Origin: Chrysomallon squamiferum
Lineage: Eukaryota > Animalia > Mollusca
Assembly: GCA_012295275.1 (NCBI GenBank)
Contig: CM022673.1
Span: 27,838,001 to 27,902,000 of the forward strand
Direction of reading: 5' to 3'
Length of the DNA: 64,000 nucleotides
This document shows positions 1-10,525 of the stretch, one piece after another; position 1 is the stretch's first letter, and the number at the start of each line of letters is the position of its first letter. The position numbers were made by a program, and so were the translations under genes. The notes beneath the pieces were generated by a model. It saw nothing but the letters and a program-made list of their open reading frames with translations. It was not told where the DNA came from and searched no databases.

Positions 1-901
1 TATCTTTTATTTTTAATTTATTTATTTATTTATTTATTCTTACTTTTGTAATATAAAAATTAAAAATACACCATCGACAATAAAATAATAATAAAAAGAT
101 TTTTTTAAAACCCACAAAACTATCAACAACAAAAATAATAATATTTATGAACATAAATAAAATTTCCTATCGAAGTAAGCCACTAGTGTACTAAGACTGT
201 CATTTCTAGATTAAACCGTCCACGAATCCAATTTAAACATTTAGTTGGAGAGAGACGATTACTCTTTTTCTTTGTGTGCGCGCGCTCGCGTGTATGTGTG
301 TGTGCGTGTGAGTGTGTGTGTGTGAGTGTGTGTGTGCGCGTATGTGTGTGAGTGTGTGTGTGTTTCTGTGGTTGTGTGTGTGCGTGTGCGTGTGTGTGTG
401 TGTGTGTGAGTGCAGTAAAATGTAAATGGATAGATTAGTTTAGGGAGAAAAAAATTACGATTTCTCTCTTTGAAAAAAAAAAAATGTCCCCTAACAAAGT
501 ACACGAAAAAATATTTACTCCATAAATAATCACTGGCGACTGTAAGACTTAGTTAAGTGCAAAAGAAAGAAAAGAAAGAAATGCGTCAATAAGATATTAC
601 TTGAGGAAACTGATAATAAGAAGCACACAGGCAAGGGTCAAAGGGGAAATTCTGAGCTGGGACTGTCATGTCATTCATTATCACACTGAGAATTCATCTT
701 GGCTCCAGCTGTCAGACATTACCATATATAACCCCATATCACAGCCACTGAACTTTAAACTGATTTAGTCACATAACGTGCTCGTTAAAACAGAAAAGCC
801 TATAACGAGACCAGTTTGAACAAAACTGTTCACCATGTTTTTATCTACATTACAGATAGTTTTCTTTCTTGGTAAGTTCGTTAAATATTATAAAATAGAA
901 A

Positions 902-995
<94 letters not shown>

Positions 996-1201
996 GTGTA
1001 TGTATCTATGTGGGTAGATATCTGTCTCTTTTTTCTGAATGATTCTCCTCCGCATGTTTTTAATATAATTTTTACCTCTTCAAATTTGCACATAAAAAGA
1101 AAAACAAAGATCAAAAGAAATAAATAATGTCTTCCTGGGGTATTTCTTACACTTTTTAACACACACTTTACAGTTTTATATTTTATTTTATTTTACTTGA
1201 T

Positions 1202-1236
<35 letters not shown>

Positions 1237-1330
1237 TTAGTTTATATATATATATATATTTTTTTTATTTCATTATTTATAAATTTTACATATTTGTGTA
1301 ATTATTTATTTATAACGAATTATTTAAGAG

Positions 1331-1434
<104 letters not shown>

Positions 1435-2160
1435 ATGTATATATATATATTCACTCTATTTTATCTAAAATCTAACGGAAAGATAGTTAAATTTAAAAAA
1501 CAGAAAGGATAACGTTTTCAGTAACATTTTCATAATTAAAATACCATTTTATTTTTAAATTATTATCCATGCCTTTTGAACCCATCAGCTTAACAGGTGG
1601 GAACGTAATATAAAATGTAAAAGATTCTTTCCCTTTCAAAACGTAAGGTTCAGTTTGACCGAATTACACAGCAGTAAAACTGTACGACACACAGTGAAAC
1701 TCCACATACCGAAAAAAATAATGCATTGGCGGAAATATTTCATCATCATCAATGTCATCATTGTAATCAATAAACTTCATTCTGCGAAGCCAGTCTTTGG
1801 AGTGTGGCTCACCTCATATGGGTGAACGAGTGAGGGGTGGAGCAATGTTTTGGGTGGATCTTGCACAGACTAAATATAAAATCTCGTTGATGAAATTCTA
1901 AACACAGACCCACACACTTTGACTGTCTGTTATCTACGCGTTATATTTACAGAGATAATGATCTACTCTTATTTACTTTTTTCCTTATTTACTTATTTAG
2001 TTACTTTTTAACTTATTTATTTACTTAGTTAGTTATATAGTTATTTATTTATTTATTTATTTATTTGTAGGCTCATTTGGTTTAAACTTGTTCCCCGTCT
2101 ACGGTACACAGGTAATGTGTCGTTCGGTTTGAATAGATACTTACAAAATAACTGTAATAA

Positions 2161-2255
<95 letters not shown>

Positions 2256-2590
2256 CTCTCTCTCTTTCTCTCTCTCTGTCTCTATCTGTCTCTCTGTCTC
2301 TTCTACAAACAATCGCACTAATTCAACTTGATAATCGGCAACAGTCGAAGATAGCACACTGTGTATCAGATTTTGTTTTAAATTCATAGCAATTACAGTA
2401 CTGTATGAATATAAAACCTTTTTTTCTCCTATCTGTATGGGAATCACAGATATCATCCTGCGCTGAGAAATTTAAAGTCATCGACGGTCATTCGGCATGC
2501 TTATCTGACAAGTTGGGTAGGTTCTATTTTCTAATATTTCATATTAATAATCATATAATACGAAGAAGAAGAAGAAAAATAAGAATAAGA

Positions 2591-2630
<40 letters not shown>

Positions 2631-3636
2631 GTTTATATAAATATATGTATCTATAATGCATATAACTTTACGGTTAAAAAGTGATAAATTTCATAGATGT
2701 AAATAAATAGTAAGTACAAATGATTGATGGGAGAAGGACTGCGAAGCTATTATATTAGAAGTAATTTACTAGATTATGAAAATCAGGGCTTTTAAAACGC
2801 TGAAGGAAAATGTCTTTTCTGTTTTACTTTTTTTCATTATTGTCCTATCTTTTCTTTCTTTCTTTCTTTTTTCTATCTTCTTCTATTTCTTTCCTTCTTT
2901 CTTTTTCTTTCTTGTATTTATTTATTTATTTATTTATTTGTTTGTTTATTTATTTATTTAAATATACAGAAACATTACCTCAAAGTGACATTGATCTGAT
3001 TGTAAAAATGCACAATGAAATTCGATCACAAGTGAATCCAAGCGCTTCCAACATGTTACAAATGGTAAGTCATCATGACTGTAATTTCTTATTCCTGTGC
3101 TTTCTATAGGATTGTCTTTCGTTTTAAAATTGTTTATACTACAACTAGCGCTACAACAACAAAGTTACTACTACTGTTGCTACTTCTGTTATTACTGTTG
3201 TTTTTCCTAATTAGTTTTAAAAGATAAAAATATCTGTATGGTGAGTTATTATGAATGTATATCGTTTTCAGAAACGAATATTTACCGCTACTACTACTGT
3301 TACTACTATTACTTCTACTACTATTACTACTACTAATACTAATGCTACTACAACTATTACTACACTTGCTACCACTACTATTATTAGTACTGTTATTAAG
3401 GTTATTGTTGTTGGTAAGTTAGTGTTAAAGGATATAAATACATGTGTAATGAGTTAATGGCATATTAGCTGATAATATATATCTATATGGTATTATTAAA
3501 TGTCACTAGATAACATAATAATTTAAATTATCATCATCATCATCATCATCATCATTGTTATTAATAGTAATAGTAGCAGTAGCAGCATTGTTGTTGTTAT
3601 TATTATATGTATTTTTATCATTATTGTTAATATTAC

Positions 3637-3675
<39 letters not shown>

Positions 3676-3836
3676 TTTTATTTAAAAAGACGTGGGATGC
3701 TGAACTTGCAATGATAGCTCAAAGATTGGCCGACTCCTGTTCTATGGAGCATGATAGCGGAATCCAAAGAATGATTCCAGGTAATAGATTTATAGAAATA
3801 ATAAAATGCAAAACATTCTGGCTTCTCACAAGAAAA

Positions 3837-3875
<39 letters not shown>

Positions 3876-5987
3876 AAATAATAATAATAATAATAATAAT
3901 AGAATAAATAAGAAGAAGGAGAAGAAGAACAACAACAACAACTACAGTCTGACGCTTTTCCATTGATTCTCGAGCCATTATGACAGAAAGATTATTGTAT
4001 GTATTTACTGGTTATGCTGTGAAATAGCCAAATAAAATCTGTTAAAATGGTTAGCGTTTATTTTCAAGGGAAATTCCTGGTGGGACAAAACATAGCCGTG
4101 GGTGAGAAGAGCTGGCAAACGGTAATAAGCAATTGGGAAAGTGAGAAAAATGATTTCCAGTTTGATAACCCTAACGATTTTACAAAAATACAACGTTATA
4201 CGCTGGTAAGTACCAACAGAAAAAAAAAAAATAATAATAATATATACATATATATTAAAAACCATAAAAATGTCATTTTATAAGCTAAATGAATTAAAAT
4301 TATATTATAAATACATGTTTACTAATACAAAACTAAACATAATAAACATAAAATTATATACACGTATTTTGTATTAATCGTTCAGGTGTGTATCATTTTA
4401 CAAGGCAACGAATTAAAATGAAAGATTTATTTTTGTAAATTCGTCAATGTCGTCTTATCTCATAAGGTAAATTCAGGATAGCACTGCCATGTAAAAATAC
4501 ATTATAAAATTATTTCTCTGATAATAATAATTATTATGTACAAATGATCTACACATTTCAGATGGTCTCGGCTGAAACAAATAAAATTGGATGTGGTTTT
4601 GCAAAGTGTTCACAGAACTTCCATGTGTATGCAATTATGGACCAGCGTATGTTTTATTTATTTGTTTATTTATTTATTTGTTTGTTTGCTTGCTTGTTTA
4701 TTTGTTTGTTCGTTTGTTTGTTTGTTTGTTTATTTATGTTTGTTCGTTTATTTATTTATTTATTTTTTGTTTTTGTTATTATTGTTGTTATTGTTAACAT
4801 ACAGAGAGTATTACATACGATGGACAGGTATATTCAGTATCATATTTAATAATAATAATAATAATATGAAGAAGAAGAAGAAGAAGAAGAATTTGTTAAA
4901 AGATTGTTTTCAGTATCAGACTGTTTTACTTAACATTTATGCTGGGTGCTGCCTTAGGATAACGTTAATGCAGTGTGAATGCAAATTTTAAATAAGTATT
5001 TTACAATGATTTAAAAATACAATAAAATACAATGAAATAAATAATTATTGTGAAAATTATATCGTTGCTTTCCTATTTTATGCCATTTTAATTAATGAAT
5101 TTATTTATTTACTTGCAGTGGAAGACTAAATTTCAACAGCCCGTATGTGGAAGGAACACCTTGTGACAAGTGCAAAAAATGTGTTGGAGGAAAGCTATGT
5201 GGTGAGTAGTAAAGACTCATCAATAAAGAAACAGTGACTTCATTAATAAATAAATAGGAATTTTAAAATTTCTTTTTGTTCTCTGGACTGTCATATTTAT
5301 TTGTTTATTTATGTATTTATTATTATTATTATTATTATTCTCTGGTTTTCTTTTCTTGTTTGTTTGTTTGTTTGTTTCACTGTTTTCCAAATGAAATTAG
5401 TCCTGTTTCTAGGACGATGTATTATATTATTTTAAAAACTGATAGTAAAAATCTCGCCTATTAAGAAAGCGAAGAGGATTTGGATTATGTAACTACAGGT
5501 CTACATCAAATGGCGTGATGTCATCTCATATTCTTGCTAAAGTACTAGTGACGAAAAACAAAATCGTCCGTCTTTTTTCTGAACTTTTTTGCGAAACAAT
5601 TATCAAATATCTAATATTCAGTATTAATTAGCTAAAATTATTATCTGCTTATTTCCTAAGACAAACTGAACAGCTAAAGGAAGAATTACTGAAGTAGTAT
5701 TTAAAATACTTCAGAGACATTGTAATCGAACTGTAGCGCAAGTCTATGTTGAAATAAATGAAAATGATAAGCGAAAGTGAATATTAAATAATGATATGAT
5801 GATGATGATAACGATGCAGTTTTATATTTGTTTTTCTTTTGTTTCAAGACTGTGGACTGACGTGTCTAAATTTGGGAAGACTGGATCTCACTACTTGCAG
5901 TTGTAAATGCCGAATGAATTGGCCATTTTATGTTTTTGAAAACTGTTCATGCACGTATTTCATTTTGTTATTAGTGTATTTTAATTA

Positions 5988-6049
<62 letters not shown>

Positions 6050-6479
6050 GTAGTATTAGTATTAGTATTTATTACTAATCATTTGGTACTGTAATAATAA
6101 TAATGATAATAATGATAATGATGATAATAATACGTCATTATTTCTATCCATCTTTCTATAAATTTCTTCTAATATTAAATCTGTTAACAGAAAATATCTT
6201 ATACATTATTAGCTTCTCATTAAACAATATACTCAAATACTGTTTTATGGTATAATGCATATAACTATTTAGAAAAATAGAGAAAACAATAATAATAAAA
6301 AACTTTTAAAAAACTAACACCAAACCATGGACTACATTTTTAAGACAACAGTTTTAACAATGACTATAAATGTTTTATAATTAACTGTAGGTTTACAGTA
6401 TAGAAAAAAATGTATTACAACTATATAATTAGACTAAGTCTGTCTCACATATTTGTGATTAACAGACATAACGTTTTTT

Positions 6480-6850
6480 TAATATAAGCAAATTTTTGCT
6501 ATTAAACTAATTATTATAAGAAAATATATTTGGATGTCTCGTATATTATTTATATCGTATATCTTTTCTCGCATGTAATAATACCAGTTCATTACATTCA
6601 AATATATAATGAATTCATCTCCAATTTTGTCAAGATTACAAATATGACATTTTCTATTTTGTCTTGAGGTTCTAAATTTACATAAGACATTAGCATTTTT
6701 TGGAGTTGGCACTGTAAGATAATTTTCTAATTGCAATTCTTTTTTCAAAATTATATAATCAGTACGTTTTGGATACGTTTCAATTACAATTTTCCTCGCT
6801 TGCAAAAATTGATCATAAAATATTTTAGATACCGCTGCAATTCACCATTT
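6480..6850 (-). mobile_element. Degraded LINE (non-LTR retrotransposon) ORF2 3' fragment in a CAP intron
   Basis: Translation LENYL...LCKFRTS...RKCHICNLDKIGDEF(H)YIF.C matches the typical C-terminal CCHC region of invertebrate LINE ORF2. It is also present in unit B, so it predates the duplication. Confidence 0.8.
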
Positions 6851-6874
6851 AACATTAACAAAGTTGTGAAATGT

Positions 6875-6919
<45 letters not shown>

Positions 6920-7008
6920 AACCACAATCGTCTAAAATGGTTTTCGTTATATATCTATATTAAGTACGATATTTTAATAATATACTAAAATCCAAATCTG
7001 AATAGTTT

Positions 7009-7303
7009 GCCGTAACCACACTGAGGCAAATGAGGCAAATGATTCATACGGAAATTAACGGTTTTTTCTTTTCTTTTTTTTTTCACCAAGATTTTATTTT
7101 AAAAATATAAAATATAAATCTCTATTCCGATAGAAACGATATCCAGGGAATCAATTGGTTTATGTCTACGGTTACCTTTTGAAATCTACCGACATCATTG
7201 CAATGAAAGACATAACCGAATTCACAGACATCAGACATCCTTTTTTTCGTTTCAATCTTAGATGTTTTTGCCTCTTTTAAAAAAGAGTCTAGTTACGGCC
7301 ATG
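7009..7303. mobile_element. ~300 bp non-autonomous DNA transposon (MITE, hAT-like ends)
   Basis: Inverted ends GCCGTAAC (7009-7016) and GTTACGGC-CATG (7292-7303); subterminal GAGGCAAA/TTTGCCTC. The paralogous site in unit B reads 'atagtttg|tagtcattatta' (~22610), i.e. an empty site. Confidence 0.65.
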
Positions 7304-7861
7304 GCTTTTAGTCATTATTACTGTATTATCAGTTTTTTGTATAATCTTGATATATTGATTCTCTGAGTATTTAATGACTGTTGTTACTTTCTTGACAGTG
7401 GACTGCAGTAGAGGAAAAAGCGACACAGATGCTTGTCAGACGAACTTTGGAAGTAACCCGTGCTATCTCATAGGATTTGACTGCCCTAACAGATGTAAAT
7501 TTTGTCCATGTAAGTATCGATAAATCAAAACGCTGCCATAATAATAATCTGTGATAGAAATGAGAGTTCTGAATTAAATAGTAAAACTGATTTTTTCTAA
7601 AACTATAATAACTATTAAACTATTAAAATACAAGATTTCTAACAGATGAATTTTGTGTTTTAAGTTTATGTCCTGAGAATGCTTTTTCTTTCTCTTCCCG
7701 TCTCAGATGCAAGTTTTGACGCAGACAACAGCAAATCAAAAGCAGATCAGCTTTAAGTAAACACTCAACTTGCATTGTGTCTTATTAAGTATGACTTACT
7801 GAAACAGAGAACTTTAATTTTTTCAAAAATAAATAAGTAAAAAGATTTGGATTTGTTTCTT

Positions 7862-7893
<32 letters not shown>

Positions 7894-8170
7894 TCTGCTG
7901 AGCATAGTAATTATTTTAATTCATTTAATTTTTAATTACAGCATAATAATTTTATTTTACTGAAACATTTATTAGGCCTATATTTCATTACACATTTTGT
8001 ATTGTTGAAACATAAAGGATGTAATGTTAATATTGATTATAAACTCTATTAGTCAATATGAAGTACAAACTTCAGTTTTGAATTAAAGTGGATCTTTTCC
8101 TTCGGGTATCTGAATTCGTTTTATGTACATTATTTTTAAAGTGTACTTTTATGAAGAATACGATATATAT

Positions 8171-9302
8171 TGTCACGGGGCCCAGTGCATAAGAGGTGTT
8201 AGCTTACAAATGCTAACGACCCTGTTAAAATATAGACTCGTTTTTTTCTTTTCTAATTAAGAAACTGACGATTGATTATAATAGATACATATATTTGCAG
8301 ATACTACAGATCTAAACTATATATAATATCAAGTATCCACTATGAACACCAAAACAAAACACAGTATTTATATCACACAGATAATTATTTATTTTACACA
8401 TGTATACTTATTATTTAGTGGTTGAGGACGTGGGAGTTGGTGTTAAATGAAATATTATAATTCTTAATTTTTTTTTAATTTTCCCTAACAGGTTTTCTTA
8501 GAAATAAATATATAACTCAAACTCTCTATGCAGCATATTACAGGCAACATCAAACGGATCAAAAAATCAAACAGAGCATACACAAACAGGATAACCATGT
8601 GTCCCTTCTTCCGACAACGATAACGCAAAATATAATTACCGATAAAATTGCCTAATAATGGCCGACAACTCCTCAGTCATACCCGTGTCTTCTCTTTGTT
8701 CTGTGTTGTCTCCCCTCTCGTCTCTTTTGTCTTTTACTTAAATAAACACGTCGCGGACCTACTTGAAGTCATCAGAGCGTAGCTGAAAAAAATTCCTTTT
8801 GTCTCTCGCTAATGATCTTTAATTGTTAGGTGATTTCAGTTATTGGATTACTGTTAACTAACACTGTAACAGTAGATAGTTAATTAATACATACTATTAG
8901 GAATATTTGTAGAAATGAATGGTTAACATATTTACTTACTTTAATGATGCATACAGGTTAATTAGGAGATGTTAAACTGTATTAAAGTAAGCTATTTTGG
9001 TAAATAGTAAATTTGTTACCGACATTTTCAAAAACGGCACCTTAATAGTACTACAATACAAAATATTATAATGAGTTAAAAAAAAAAAAAGCTCGTGGCG
9101 AATTCTACAAGTACGTAAAAACTAAACTGCGATCCGTGGCTTGGTAAATAAGTTAGGACCATTTTGATAAGTTAAATAAACACAGAAAACAGTACATCTA
9201 AATGTCGCTGATAAAACTTTCCACAGCTTGAACGAGGCTCTGTTACGGTGTGGCTAAGGGCCCTTCTACGTAAGGTAAAAAACATAGTTTACCGTCATAA
9301 CA
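8171..9302. mobile_element. ~1.13 kb unit-A-specific insertion with TG...CA ends, possible solo LTR
   Basis: Absent from unit B (~24110-24140). Begins TGTCACGG and ends CCGTCATAACA, inside a TA/CA microsatellite. No clean TSD and no ORF. Confidence 0.4.
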
Positions 9303-9770
9303 CAGACTCACACACAAGCGTGCTGATTTATTTGGTATAAGACATAAACCTTTGCTAATTATAAAGTATGACAATAAAACAATGTAGATCATATCATATC
9401 ACAAATATTTCATCAACAATATGAACAAAATAAAACTAAACAGAAAACAAGCAAACTTGATACTTATGGCAGAATGATATTAATAAAGGCAAAGAAATTA
9501 AAGTAAATCATTGTAATATTTGCTGAACCTATCACCCCTCAAGGATCTTTTTATTTCTATTCCAAGAAATGAAATATTACAGATCTGTATTTGTGTGTAT
9601 GTGTGTGATGATGTTTTGAATACATATTAAACATAAAGCACCATTTCTAATAAAAGCTTGAAAGTGCACAATATACATATTTATATTTGCAGTTTGTTTA
9701 AACCACCAAAGGCACATAAAACAAATAAAATCTCAGGTCACTGTATTCTTTTACTAAAAGTCCTTTGTAT

Positions 9771-10525
9771 TCATGATGATTTCTGTTTTTTTGTTTGTAA
9801 CGTCAGCCATTGGAGTGTGTCGTATGTTAGCTGTGTGTCGTATGTTAGCTGTTGGATCAGATGACAAAATTTTCGACTGTTTTAATGTCTGACGTATTGT
9901 TCTCAGTTTGTTTCGTATCTGCAACTATCTGTTGAATGTGATAAATGTTTCTTTTTTAAAACATGTAACTGTAGATACTCATTCAGGCAGAGAAAACAAG
10001 AGAATGAGGGATGAGGAGTGATAGAGAGAAAAGAAGAATGAATGAACTGGATATATTATAAAGTTCTTGGCTTGTTTGTGATCTGTTAGGTAATGGTAAA
10101 ATTATTTTAAAAAGAAAAAAAATTATTAATAGAATGAATAAGAGCACATTAACTTCTACTACCCAGAACAGACTGACAGCTTATTTCATGTATATGTAAA
10201 TCAAAAGTCATATAGCAATATATTTTACTTATAAAATCATTCCACTTACATTTTATTCTACATATTCAAAGCAATGTATTATTTTTTTTTCTTTCTCTGT
10301 TCATTTTTGTTTTTCTATAAAATTAATTAATTTTATTATTAACTCTTCTTGTAAAATATATTAAAATATTTCATAACAACATGATGTTGTATTAAAATTG
10401 TATTAAATGAATGATGATATATCAAATGTAGAAATAAAATTAAAATATACCTTGTTTTCTCATCTGAAAGTCCACTTTTTGGCTTTTTCAGTGTATAAAG
10501 CTTCCTTGTATTTAAATTCATTAGA
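9771..10525 (-). pseudogene. UBE2T: Truncated duplicate of the last two UBE2T coding exons
   Basis: Exon from 10525 translates SNEFKYKEALYTEKAKKWTFR* (a deletion gives TGA at 10462-10460). The terminal exon copy at ~9771-9920 has an ~18 nt tandem duplication (tgtgtcgtatgttagc x2). No upstream exons, so no catalytic Cys. Confidence 0.88.

Noticed and set aside
1785-1890. GC-richer intronic block conserved in both units (also ~16620-16725) with a possible CTCAC/GTGAG stem; considered as ncRNA or extra exon
   Set aside because: No recognisable tRNA, snRNA or snoRNA motifs, and the CAP reading frame is complete without it. Conservation may just reflect the duplication's age.
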